From: an uncultured Chloroflexia bacterium | Lineage (GTDB): Bacteria; Chloroflexota; Anaerolineae; CG2-30-64-16 | Direction of reading: 5' to 3' | DNA length: 64,000 nt | NCBI GenBank assembly: GCA_963810095.1 | Contig: CAWEMM010000002.1 | Span: forward strand, 96,001-160,000 | In this document: positions 1-9,883 of the stretch, in pieces | Numbering within the stretch: the stretch's first letter is position 1 | Layout of the letters: every line of letters begins with the position of its first letter | The notes under the pieces: model-generated | Told to the model about the DNA's origin: nothing | Seen by the model: only the letters and a program-made list of their open reading frames with translations | Database searches by the model: none | Translations under genes and position numbers: made by a program

Positions 1-66
1 CTCCCAGGCAAAGACGCTGCCCCGGATGATCCAGTACTAAGCGAAGCGCGTGATGCGAATGTCCGC

Positions 67-107
67 TGTGGCGTGCCCGGCACGTTGGAAGTGCCGGGCA
101 CGCCACA
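67..107. terminator. 17-bp perfect stem-loop downstream of rnj (terminator or REP-like)
   Basis: tgtggcgtgcccggcac-gttggaa-gtgccgggcacgccaca, about 90 bp past the rnj stop; no strong U-tract. Confidence 0.5.
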
Positions 108-199
108 CAAGCTCACTGTGCGACCGGTCGAGCGCCGCGGCCGTGGCCGGCTAATTCGATAGGGACCGTCCGAGAAGCAATCGGGCGCTCCCTCTTTCA

Positions 200-1849
200 T
201 TAAACCTCGAGCACCAGGGGGAAGATCAGCGGGCGCCTCCCGGTCCGGTTGTAGCAGTACTGGCTCAACACGTCCTTGATCTTGTTCCGCGTCGAAGAAG
301 CGGCGCCTCCCGGCCCGCGCAGCACCTGCCACATGCGGTCCTTGGCCCCCTCGATCAACTCGTCCGACTCGGCCACATAGACGAAGCCCCGCGTCAAGAT
401 TTCCGGATCGGCGACAACCTCGCCCGTGGCCCGGTCGATGGCAACCAACGCGACGAGGAAGCCGTCGCGCGCCAGGTGCGTGCGATCGCGCAGCACCGCG
501 GCGCCAATGTCGCCCACGCTCAACCCGTCCACCAGCACGTTCCCACCGCCCACTTCCTCGCCGAGTTTCAGCCGGTCGGCATAGACCTCGATCACCTGGC
601 CGCTCTCGACAACCGCCATGTTTTCTGCCGGGATGCCGACCTCACGCGCCAGCCGGGAATGCAGCACCAGGTGGCGGTATTCGCCGTGCATGGGGACGAA
701 GAAGCGCGGGCGCACCAGCGACAGCATCAGCTTAAGGTCCTCCTGGCTGCCGTGGCCCGACACGTGGACGTCGCACAGGTCGGAGTAGATGACGTCGGCG
801 CCGAGGCGGAACAGGTCGTCGATGATGTGGTTCACCATCTCCTCGTTGCCGGGGATGGGCGTGGCCGACAGCACCACGGTGTCTGATGGCATGATCTGCA
901 ACTGCTGGTGTTCGTTCGCAGCCAGCCGGGCCAGCACCGCGCTCGGCTCGCCCTGGCTGCCCGTGCAGACGATCACCACCTGCTCGGGCGGCAGGTTGTT
1001 CATCTCGTGCGTGCTGAGCAGTTCTTCGGCCGTGACGTTGAGATAGCCGAGCCCGATGGCCATGCGGGCGTTGTTCACCATGCTGCGCCCGATGACGCCG
1101 ACGCGCCGGCCGTAGAGCCGCGCCGTCTGGATGACCTGGTCGACGCGCGAGATGTTGGACGCAAAGGTGGCGATGATGATGCGGCCCGGCGCGGCCGACA
1201 TGACCTCTTCCAGGGTTTCGTTGACGCTTCGCTCCGAAGGAGTGAAGCCCTTCGAGTCTGCATTGGTCGAGTCGGACAGCAGCAGCAGCGCGCCGGCATC
1301 GCCGATCCGGCGCAGCTTGTCCACGTCGGTCAGCTTCCCATCGACCGGATGCTGGTCGAACTTGTAATCTGTGGCATGGACCACGGTGCCCAGAGGCGTG
1401 TGGATCACGATGCCGACCGCGTCGGGGATGCTGTGGCAGACATGGAAGAACTCGACGCGAAAGACGCCGAGCTCGACGACGCTCTCTGTAGTAACCGTGT
1501 GCAGCTCGCTGTCGGCCAGCAGGCCTGCCTCTTTCAGCTTGATCTCGGCCAGCCCCTGGGTAAGGGCGGTGGCATAAACCGGCACGTCAAGATACTTGAG
1601 CAGGTAGGGCAGCGCGCCAATGTGATCCTCGTGGCCGTGGGTCAGCACAATGGCCAGCACCCGGTCTGCCCGCTCCGTCAGATACTTGATGTCCGGATAA
1701 ACGAGATCGATGCCGGGCATGTCGCTCTCGGGAAACATGAGCCCCGCATCGATCACCAGGATATCTTTGTCGTACTCCAGCGCCAGCAGATTTTTGCCGA
1801 TCTCTCCAAAACCGCCCAGCGGGATCACCCGCAAAGGTAAATCGCTCAC
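200..1849 (-). CDS. rnj: ribonuclease J
   Basis: GGFGEIGKN start, THGHEDHIG MBL motif, HSIPD, DYKFD, TFASN, HVSGH, PMHGE; 549 aa. Confidence 0.95.
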   Translation of the reverse strand: MSDLPLRVIPLGGFGEIGKNLLALEYDKDILVIDAGLMFPESDMPGIDLVYPDIKYLTERADRVLAIVLTHGHEDHIGALPYLLKYLDVPVYATALTQGLAEIKLKEAGLLADSELHTVTTESVVELGVFRVEFFHVCHSIPDAVGIVIHTPLGTVVHATDYKFDQHPVDGKLTDVDKLRRIGDAGALLLLSDSTNADSKGFTPSERSVNETLEEVMSAAPGRIIIATFASNISRVDQVIQTARLYGRRVGVIGRSMVNNARMAIGLGYLNVTAEELLSTHEMNNLPPEQVVIVCTGSQGEPSAVLARLAANEHQQLQIMPSDTVVLSATPIPGNEEMVNHIIDDLFRLGADVIYSDLCDVHVSGHGSQEDLKLMLSLVRPRFFVPMHGEYRHLVLHSRLAREVGIPAENMAVVESGQVIEVYADRLKLGEEVGGGNVLVDGLSVGDIGAAVLRDRTHLARDGFLVALVAIDRATGEVVADPEILTRGFVYVAESDELIEGAKDRMWQVLRGPGGAASSTRNKIKDVLSQYCYNRTGRRPLIFPLVLEV

Positions 1850-1919
1850 AAACCAGACCTCCCTGCTTCACGACAATCCGAAAAATGAGTTCGCAAATAA
1901 GATTCGAGCCGGGCAACGC

Positions 1920-2500
1920 TCACCCGTTCGTTGGTCTCGCGCCCTTCAGCTCTGCAAGCAGCCGCGGAATCGACTGGAAATCTTCTTTCATGGCCGCCCG
2001 CCATGCGTCGTTGCGCAGCGCCGCGGCGGGGTGGAACAACGGCAGGTAGTAGGTGTCGCCCACCCGCTTAGCCTGCCCGTGGATCTTGGTGATCGACGCG
2101 CCCGGGAAATAACGCGCCATCGAGAAGCGTCCGAGGGTCACCACGATGGCGGGCTGCACAAGCGCGATCTGGCGGTCCAGGTAGTCTCGGCAAGCCGCCA
2201 GCTCGGGCGGGAGCGGGTCCCGGTTACCCGGCGGCCGGCACTTCACGACGTTCGTGATGAAGACCTGGCCGCGTTCCAGGCCGATGTCCCTGATCAAGCT
2301 CTCCAGGTACTTGCCCGACGCGCCCGACGAACGGCCGCCCCTGCAGGTCTTCGTTGCGGCCGGGGCCCTCCCCGATGAAGAAGATCCTGCGCGTCTGCGG
2401 GGCCTTCGCCGGGTACGGCTTGCGTGCGGGTCTCGCTCAGCGCGCACTTGACGCAAATCCTGACCTCGGCCGCGACCTTTTCGACGCGAGTCGCCTTGCG
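1920..2500 (-). CDS. uracil-DNA glycosylase family 4 (Fe-S), with indels; start approximate
   Basis: Read across frames: CVKCALSETRTQAVPGEG...FIGEGPG.NED.QGRPFVG; in-frame NVVKCRPPGNRDP and FHPAAALR. Confidence 0.88.
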
Positions 2501-2511
2501 TGTGTCCTCCG

Positions 2512-3072
2512 CTATGCTGCGCCACTGCGCCGTCCCCTCGCTGCCGAAGCACCGTGCCAGCCGTTCGAGCGCGTCGCCGCGCTGGCCTCGATGCGCGCCT
2601 GGATTTCGGGCTCGGCAAGGGGCGGCGTGGTCATGATCAGGCCGTCCTCGCCATCGCGATAGTATTTGCGCCGCATGCCCACCACATCGAAGCCCAGCTT
2701 GTCATAAAGCTTCTGAGCGGGCAAGTTGCTTGCCCGCACTTCGAGCGTGGCCACCCGTGCGCCACGTTCCTGCGCTTTGTCGAGCAGCGCCACCATGAGC
2801 CATTCGCCCAGGCCGCAGCCGCGATAGTCGGGGTGCGACGCGACGGTCGCAACGTGCGCCTCGTCGACAAGCAGCCAGAAGCCGCCCCAGCCCAAGATCG
2901 GAGGCCAGCGCCCGTCGTCGCCCGAACGGATCACGCGATAGGTGGCGAGCGGGTTGTCTGCCAGGTCGCTCAAGTACATGTGCCGCGTCCACGGGTCGGC
3001 GAACGCCAGGCGCTCGAGCGGCATAATGAGCTCCACGTCCGCGGGGTCCATGGGTGAGACGAACGGCAGCAT
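2512..3072 (-). CDS. rimI: ribosomal protein S18 alanine N-acetyltransferase
   Basis: EAHVATVASHPDYRGCGLG, TLEVRASN, LYDKLGF, RRKYY; follows tsaB. Confidence 0.9.
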   Translation of the reverse strand: MLPFVSPMDPADVELIMPLERLAFADPWTRHMYLSDLADNPLATYRVIRSGDDGRWPPILGWGGFWLLVDEAHVATVASHPDYRGCGLGEWLMVALLDKAQERGARVATLEVRASNLPAQKLYDKLGFDVVGMRRKYYRDGEDGLIMTTPPLAEPEIQARIEASAATRSNGWHGASAARGRRSGAA

Positions 3073-3075
3073 GCG

Positions 3076-3786
3076 CTATGGCCTCCCCGTGTGCTCGCCG
3101 GCCGGCGTGACCTTGGCGCCGTCGGGCTGCTGCAGGTAGATGGGGCTGAGGGTGGCCGGGTCGTCGGCGCCGCCTGCCGCCAGGCGCTGCAGCCCCAGCT
3201 CGGCCAGCACGCCGGCCCGGCGCAGCCCAAGCGCGGGCGAGAGGAAGACCGTGCGCTGCTTGCCGGCAGCTCGGGTCAGCGTCTCACGGTCCGCCTCGGT
3301 CAGTTCCCCGGCGAAGGCCACCGGTCGCAGCACGGTATTAGCCACTTCGACCACCGTCGAAAGGGCATACGGTCCTTGCGGGCCCCAACCACTCGGCCCG
3401 TGCGCGTACAGTGCCCAGTACACCCGGCCGCGGCCCGCCTGCGCCACGGCAATGACGGGCAGCGGGTTATCCTGGTGCGGATACGCCGTGATGTCCAGCG
3501 TGGGCACCCCGGTGAGCTTCAGCCCTTGCGCCAGCGCCAGCCCCTTGGCCGCGGCCAGCCCGACCCGGAGCCCCGTGAAGGAGCCAGGACCGATGGCGAT
3601 GGCGACGGACGCCAGGTCCGCTGCGCCCGCGCCTGCCAGCGTGAGCAGGGCGGCGACGGCCGGCATCAGTTCTTCCGTGTGCCGGTTCGCCGAAATCCAG
3701 CTCTGTTCTGCCAGCAGGCCGCGTGCCGGATCATACAGCGCAATGCTCGCCTGCCGTGTGGAGGTGTCGATAGCCAGTAGCATCAT
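3076..3786 (-). CDS. tsaB: t6A biosynthesis protein TsaB
   Basis: LLAIDTST, GPGSFTGLRVG, C-terminal PIYL. Confidence 0.95.
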   Translation of the reverse strand: MMLLAIDTSTRQASIALYDPARGLLAEQSWISANRHTEELMPAVAALLTLAGAGAADLASVAIAIGPGSFTGLRVGLAAAKGLALAQGLKLTGVPTLDITAYPHQDNPLPVIAVAQAGRGRVYWALYAHGPSGWGPQGPYALSTVVEVANTVLRPVAFAGELTEADRETLTRAAGKQRTVFLSPALGLRRAGVLAELGLQRLAAGGADDPATLSPIYLQQPDGAKVTPAGEHTGRP

Positions 3787-3791
3787 TTCGC

Positions 3792-4280
3792 TCAGCCGTT
3801 CAGGGCTGCTTCGAGTTGGCGCAGGATTTCGACGTATCGCGGTCCGTGCGGAACGAGCTTGAAGCAGCGGCGGTCACCGTCCCCGTGTTCGATGGTGATT
3901 TCGAGGGTGTCAGGAGGCAAGAGGCCCGGAATGCGGTCGGCCCATTCCACCACGATGACGTCGTCGCTCAGGAACAGGTCTGACAAGCCCGCATCCCACA
4001 TCTCGAGCGGCGCATTCGCGAGCCGGTAGCAGTCGGCGTGCTGCAACTGCCGGCCATCCGGGGTGCGGTAGCGGTTAATCAGCACGAAGGTGGGGCTGGT
4101 GATGGTCGCCGGAACGCCGAGGCCCTGCCCCAGTCCCTGCACGAAGGTTGTCTTCCCCGCGCCCAAGTCCCCGGCAAGCGTCACGATCGCATCCTCCCGG
4201 AGCAACCGGCCGAGGGCCGCGCCCAAGCGCTGCGTCTGCTCTGCGGAGTCAGTATCGATTCTCATTGCTTCCGATTCCAT
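3792..4280 (-). CDS. tsaE: t6A biosynthesis ATPase TsaE
   Basis: GDLGAGKT, SPTF, HADCYRL, VEWAD. Confidence 0.95.
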   Translation of the reverse strand: MESEAMRIDTDSAEQTQRLGAALGRLLREDAIVTLAGDLGAGKTTFVQGLGQGLGVPATITSPTFVLINRYRTPDGRQLQHADCYRLANAPLEMWDAGLSDLFLSDDVIVVEWADRIPGLLPPDTLEITIEHGDGDRRCFKLVPHGPRYVEILRQLEAALNG

Positions 4281-4495
4281 AGCCACACCACTACGCCCCG
4301 ATCCGGGGCAATTATACCAAGGGTTGCAGGCGCGACAAAACACTTTGAGTCTTTTTCTGCAACCCGATCGCCCATGGTATCATGCATTATCTCTGGAGCC
4401 TATCGCCGGCACGGCACTTCGTGTGAATCGAACAGCCGGCATGCGCCGCCAACGCCAGAAGCGCGACGCGGTGAGTGAGTTTCGACTGAGGTCCT

Positions 4496-5233
4496 ATGCG
4501 TGCCTTGATCGTGTCTGATATTCACGCAAACTTGCCTGCACTCGAGGCCGTGCTCGACGACGCTCGCGGCGGGTACGACGCCGTGTGGTGCCTGGGCGAC
4601 ACGGTGGGGTATGGGCCTTGGCCAGACGAGTGCATCAAGCGGGTGCGGGAGATCAGTGCAGTGACGGTCATCGGCAACCACGACTGGGCTGCATTGGGCC
4701 GCATGGACGTCGAGGATTTCAACCCTGAGGCGCGACGGGCGGTGTTGTGGACCGCAGAGCATCTCTCGCCCGAGTCTACCGAGTGGATGGCCGGGCTGCC
4801 GAGCGTGCCGGTGACTCAGAATGGGTACACCCTGACTCACGCCAGCCCCCGCGACCCGATTTGGGAGTACGTTATTTACCCGTCTGTCGCGCTGGCGAAC
4901 TTCGAGAACTTCGAGACGCGCTGTTGCCTCGTCGGGCACACCCACGTGCCCGCTCTGCACCTGCTCGCTGCGGGAGAGAAGAAGACCTCGGTGCTGGCGC
5001 CCACCTTTGGCCGGGGCATGCCGCTCGACGACAACACCCGCGCAATCCTTAACCCCGGCAGCGTGGGGCAGCCGCGGGATAATGACCGCCGGGCGGCTTA
5101 TGCGATCCTGGACACCCAGAATGGAATCTGGGAGCCGCGGCGGGTGGAGTACAACATCGAACAGACCCAGCGCGGCATGCGCCAGGTCGGCCTCCCCGAG
5201 CGCCTGATCAACCGCCTCGCATTTGGCTGGTAA
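4496..5233 (+). CDS. calcineurin-like metallophosphoesterase
   Basis: SDIHAN, LGDTVGYG, GNHD, GHTH, NPGSVGQPRD motifs. Confidence 0.9.
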   Translation: MRALIVSDIHANLPALEAVLDDARGGYDAVWCLGDTVGYGPWPDECIKRVREISAVTVIGNHDWAALGRMDVEDFNPEARRAVLWTAEHLSPESTEWMAGLPSVPVTQNGYTLTHASPRDPIWEYVIYPSVALANFENFETRCCLVGHTHVPALHLLAAGEKKTSVLAPTFGRGMPLDDNTRAILNPGSVGQPRDNDRRAAYAILDTQNGIWEPRRVEYNIEQTQRGMRQVGLPERLINRLAFGW

Positions 5234-5313
5234 CCTCGTCCCCGGCCCTGACCGTCACCGCGAGAGGCGAGGTAAGTGCAGCCGCAGTTAATCTGTGCCT
5301 GCACTGATAAAGG

Positions 5314-7943
5314 TTACTGGAAGCTGTCGGCGCCCGGATTTCCCCGCAACTGGTGGTACACCGACAGCGCCTCGATCAGTTCCTGCTGCCGCTGCGCGGC
5401 CCGGCGGCGCTCGTCTCGCACGCGGAACTGGTTCAACTTCTGGAATATTTCTGACTGGACGATCTGCGGCCTGGGCACCATGATGAAGGTGAAGCCCTCG
5501 TCCGACGCCGCAGTGCTGATGACCACATCGCCATAGCCAAAGACCTTGGCCCAGATGCCGTGCTGTTGGGCCACCACGTTCTGCACCCGCTCCAGTCCAC
5601 CCTCGCGGCGCTTGGAGTCCAACCCCAACGGCTTCATCTCGATGTCGATCACCCGGTCGTCGGTCAGAATGTATACGTCGTTTCGATAATCCGTGACCTC
5701 CCACCACAACCAGAAGCCGGTTGCGCCAAGGATCATCAGCCAGCCCAACACCCAGCCGGCGCCCCCAATTGCAATGCCTGCGATGGCGCCCGAAAAAAGC
5801 AGCAGCCCGCCGAAGAACACCGCGACGAAGGCGAGGAACGCGGGCCCTGCGCGGCCCACCAGGTTGATCCAGTGTTTACGCCAAAGCTTCATGCCGGGCA
5901 ACTCCTTGGGAGCCGCAGGCGCTGGGGTGGTGCCGACGAGCGCCGTGCGCCACGTATCGGGCAGGCGCGAGGAATGCCGCGCCAACCACGCCTGCGTGCT
6001 GGGCGGGGTGGGCACGCGCTGTTTCTTCGGCGTGCGTTGGAAGCTGCGGCGCAGCCAGCCCGGGGCCGGGCCCGTGCGCGGGAGCGGCGCGTCGCCCAGC
6101 GCGCGCTGCCGCTGGGGCACGGGCAGGGCCAGGTGCAGGTCCTTGATGAGCCCTCGTCGCAACTCTTCCTTCTGGCGCCCGCGCTCGTCGGCCTGGGCTT
6201 CCGTCTTCGTCATCTCGAGAAGCTCCTTGACGGAGTACGGTCGCGGGGTCTTCTCAAGCCGAATGGCGCCCCCCTTAGAGGCCGTCCGCACGGTGATGTC
6301 GCCGTAATCGAAGATCCGGCCCCAGAAGTCGTTCAGGATCGTCACATCCTGGATCATCTCGACCGGGGCTTCAGACGCGCGCCTCGAACAGCACGAACTG
6401 GCGGTCTCGCCGGGTGACGCGGCGGTTGGTGATCACGTAGTAGTCGTCGTAATAGTTCAAGACCGCGAAGATCGCGGCGCCGAACAGGATGCCGCCAAGG
6501 ATGAGCAGCGCAACGTCGCCGATGAGCGTCAGCTCGGGAGGCAGCAGGACGACCACGACCAGGAGCGCGACCATCGCCAGCACGATCAGGCTGAGCGGCC
6601 AGAACAACCACAAAATGTGCGGCCGCCCTTTCCATTGCACTTCCTCGTCGGCCTGCATCCAGTCGTAAGGCGGCTTGACTTCCTTCGTCGCCTCCACTTG
6701 CCGGGCCATGGGCTGGTTGCTCCACAGGTCGGGCCTCTCTGCGACCGCATGCAGGAAGTCTCGCCGGTCCAGCGTGATAATGTCTGCCCCCGCCAGCCCC
6801 GGCACCCCCCGAACCGATTCGCCGCGGACGGCCCGGACCGTTACCTCCCGCTGGCCGCCCTTAAACAACGAAGTCTTGCCGTAGGACGCGCGCGGTTGGA
6901 GCCGGCTGCGCGGGCGCTCGCGGCCGTAGTTGTCGTAGGCCGTGATAAGCGCCCCGCCGTCCCGTAGAATCACGTAGGAATGGCCCGCGCTGCCCTGGGT
7001 GGTAACATTCTGTTTCTCGGGCACGAACTCCCAACCGCAGAATTGCGCCAGGTGCTGCATTTGCAGGGCGTTCAGTCCCTGGAACAGCGGCGCCTGCTCG
7101 AGCGACGCGACGATGTTCAAGGGCTCGTGGATGAGCTTCCCGACGTCGGGAAACTGGGCGATCACCCGGTGCGCGTGAACGGCGGGCAAATAGAAGAGAT
7201 GCGTGTCCACGGTCGCGCCGGCATCCTCGGCCGCACAATTGAGCCCGAACTGCATGGCCTTGGCTGGATCGGCCGCCTGGGCCGGGTCGCCGGGGGCGAC
7301 AAGGAAGTTGCCGGCCGTGATGCGCCAGGCTTGCCAGTCGCTCGGGAACGGGTTGAGCGGGCCGCTGACTGCCAGTTGGCCGCGATCCACGATCCAGAAT
7401 CCGGGGTCTTTCTGCAGGTCCGGTTTGACCCCCGCCCGCAGGTCGCGCTCCTCCACCAGTTGTGCCAGCCAGCGCACCTGGTCGTCGGTCAGGTCACGGA
7501 ACAAGGGGATGCGGCGCAGCCGTCCGGCCGCGCGCGTCGTGCAGCAGCTCCTCGCGCAGATCGGGGATGCGTTCGAGGGCGATCCGCAGCGCGCTCGCTT
7601 CGACCAGCAGCAGCGTTGCGGGCAAGCCGTTCATTCCCGCCCGGGCGGTGGTGCGGTAGGCTTCATCCCACAGCGCCTGTTGGCCGAAGATCTGGCCCGC
7701 CTTCACCTCTTGCTCGAACCATGTGTCGCCGCCTTCTTGCAGCCGGACGAGCACGCTGCCTGCGACCACGATGAAGAGGTAACGTGGCGCGTCGCCCCGC
7801 CTGAACACGAAGTCTCCGGGCGCGTACTGCCTCAACTCCACGTCGGGCAGCACTTGCGTCTGGAACTGCGGCCATTTCTGCATCAACGGAGAGGTCTTCA
7901 GAATTTCCCAGATCTCGGCTTGCTGCCGTTTGTCCGGCTTCAT
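5314..7943 (-). CDS. membrane protein with three cNMP-binding-like domains and two TM-pair plus bacterial PH (bPH_2) modules; split by two indels
   Basis: ORFs 7494-7943, 6371-7504 and 5314-6357 join across frames. cNMP-like segments: VFRRGD..LFIVVAGSV..FGQQAL..RTTARA and QGSAGHSYVILRDG..YGKTSL..REVTVRA. PH-like segments: YYVITNRRV..IQDV..DYGDITVRTA and YILTDDRVI..VQNV..GYGDVVISTA. Confidence 0.75.
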
Positions 7944-7944
7944 G

Positions 7945-9831
7945 TCACAGCCTCTCGCGGATTGCCTGCGCGGCAGCGAGGTTCATCCCCGGCACAGCGG
8001 CCAACTGTTCGACGGACGCGTCCCTGATCGCTTCGAGCGAGCCAAAATGCTTGAGCAATGCCTTGCGACGGGTAGGTCCGATGCCCGGAATGGAATCGAG
8101 CTCGGACGTGATGGACACCTTGGCCCGCTTCTCCCGGTGCGCGGTGATGGCGAAGCGGTGGGCCTCGTCGCGAATGCGCTGCACCAGGAACAAGCCCTGT
8201 GTGCCGGGCGCCAGCAGAACCGGCTCCGAGCGGCCCGGTAGGAACAGCTCCTCGCGCTGCTTGGCGAGGCCGACGACCGGCACGACTTCGGTCAGCTCGT
8301 ACTCAGCCAGCACCTCCACCGCCACACCGAGTTGTCCCTTGCCGCCGTCCACGATGAGCAGATCGGGCAGGATTTTCCACGCCGCGTCGCTGGCCCGGGC
8401 CTTGCTGCCAGGGTCGGCCACGTTCTGTTCGACCGCCCGGCGGAAGCGGCGGCGCAGCACCTCTCGCATCGAGGCGTAATCGTCGGGCTCGCCCTGGCTG
8501 CCGCGGCCCTTGATATTGAAGCGCCGGTAGTCGCTCTTGGCCGGCGCGCCCTTTGCGAAAACGACCATGCTGCCGACGGTGTTGGTGCCTTGCAAGGTCG
8601 AGATGTCGAAGCACTCGATCCGGCTGGGCGGGTCTTCGAGGCCGAGCGCCTCCTGCAGCTCCGTGATCGCCTGCGTCTGCCGGTTGGTGTCGGCCTGCCA
8701 CTGCGCTTGCAGCGACTGCAGCGTAGCAGCGGCATTCTCGGTTGCCAACTGCAGCAGCGCCTGCTTTGGCCCGCGCTTCGGCACGGTCAGGTTGACCTTC
8801 TGGCCCCCGCGCCGGCCGCGCAGCCACTGCTCGATGATCTTGCGCTCGTCGAGGTCCTTCGGCAGCACGATCGTGGGCGGCACAAACGCCGCCTCGTCGT
8901 AGAACTGCTTGACGAACGCGCCGATCAGTTCGCCGTTGGCCTCCGCGGGAACGCCTTCCAGAACGAAGCTCTCGCGGCCGATCAGCTTGCCCCGGCGGAT
9001 GAAGAACACCTGGACGCAGGCCTCGCCCGTTCGCTCGTCCTGTGCGAACGCAATGACGTCCTCGTCCTCTTGTTTGCCGCTGACGATTTTCTGGCGTTCC
9101 ACAATCTGCTGCGCCGCGCGGATCTGGTCGCGCAGTTGTGCGGCCCGTTCGAACTGGAGGTTTTCGGCCGCAAACTTCATCCGCTGGTTGAGTTGCTCCA
9201 GCACACGCTCGCTGTCGCCTTCGAGAAACGCCGCGAGCCCCGCCACCACCTGCCGGTAGCCATCTTTGTCCACGGCACCGATGCAGGGCCCGGCGCAGCG
9301 CTTGATGTGATAGTACAGGCAGGGCTTGGGGTCGTCGCCCGTGATCTCCCGGTTGCAGTCCAGGTAAGGAAATACCCGGCGCAGCACGTCGAGCGTTTGG
9401 CGCACCGCGTAGGCCGAGGTGAACGGCCCATAATAGCGGGCGCCGTCGCGCTCCATGCGCCGCACGATGCTGACTTTCGGGAAATCCTCCTGCCAGTGGA
9501 TCTTGATGTAGGGGTAGGTTTTGTCGTCGCGCAGCCGGACGTTGTACCGGGGATGGTAGCGCTTTATGAGCTCGTTTTCGAGAATCAACGCTTCGAGCTC
9601 GGTGTCCGTCACGATCCATTCGAGGTCCGCGATCTCCGTCACCAGGCGTCGGGTGCGCGGCTCGTGACGGGCGGCTTCGTGGAAATAAGAGCGGACGCGG
9701 TTCTTCAGCACGACCGCCTTGCCCACGTAGATCACCTTGCCGTCGGACGAACGGTAGATGTAGACCCCGGGGCGATCGGGCAGCGTGTCGAGTTTTTGGG
9801 CCAGGTCAGGCGCGACGCGATGGTTGTTCAC
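7945..9831 (-). CDS. uvrC: excinuclease ABC subunit C
   Basis: PGVY..IYVGKA..LKNRVRSYF GIY-YIG domain, UVR domain, IECFDIS, DGGKGQ, RDEAHRFA, HhH tail. Confidence 0.97.
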   Translation of the reverse strand: MNNHRVAPDLAQKLDTLPDRPGVYIYRSSDGKVIYVGKAVVLKNRVRSYFHEAARHEPRTRRLVTEIADLEWIVTDTELEALILENELIKRYHPRYNVRLRDDKTYPYIKIHWQEDFPKVSIVRRMERDGARYYGPFTSAYAVRQTLDVLRRVFPYLDCNREITGDDPKPCLYYHIKRCAGPCIGAVDKDGYRQVVAGLAAFLEGDSERVLEQLNQRMKFAAENLQFERAAQLRDQIRAAQQIVERQKIVSGKQEDEDVIAFAQDERTGEACVQVFFIRRGKLIGRESFVLEGVPAEANGELIGAFVKQFYDEAAFVPPTIVLPKDLDERKIIEQWLRGRRGGQKVNLTVPKRGPKQALLQLATENAAATLQSLQAQWQADTNRQTQAITELQEALGLEDPPSRIECFDISTLQGTNTVGSMVVFAKGAPAKSDYRRFNIKGRGSQGEPDDYASMREVLRRRFRRAVEQNVADPGSKARASDAAWKILPDLLIVDGGKGQLGVAVEVLAEYELTEVVPVVGLAKQREELFLPGRSEPVLLAPGTQGLFLVQRIRDEAHRFAITAHREKRAKVSITSELDSIPGIGPTRRKALLKHFGSLEAIRDASVEQLAAVPGMNLAAAQAIRERL

Positions 9832-9839
9832 AAGGAGAT

Positions 9840-9868
9840 ATTATACATAAGACGACAAAACGAAACAA
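9840..9868 (-). promoter_or_regulatory. sigma70-like promoter of uvrC (near-leaderless)
   Basis: Minus strand TTGTTT-17 bp-TATAAT ending 8 nt before the GTG; no Shine-Dalgarno. Confidence 0.55.
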
Positions 9869-9883
9869 GTGTTTTTGGTGGAC

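Noticed and set aside
1920-3072. Possible RimI-UDG fusion
   Set aside because: One frame runs open from the rimI tail into UDG, but the region has several indels and an SD-like ggagg near 2510. It cannot be resolved without reads.
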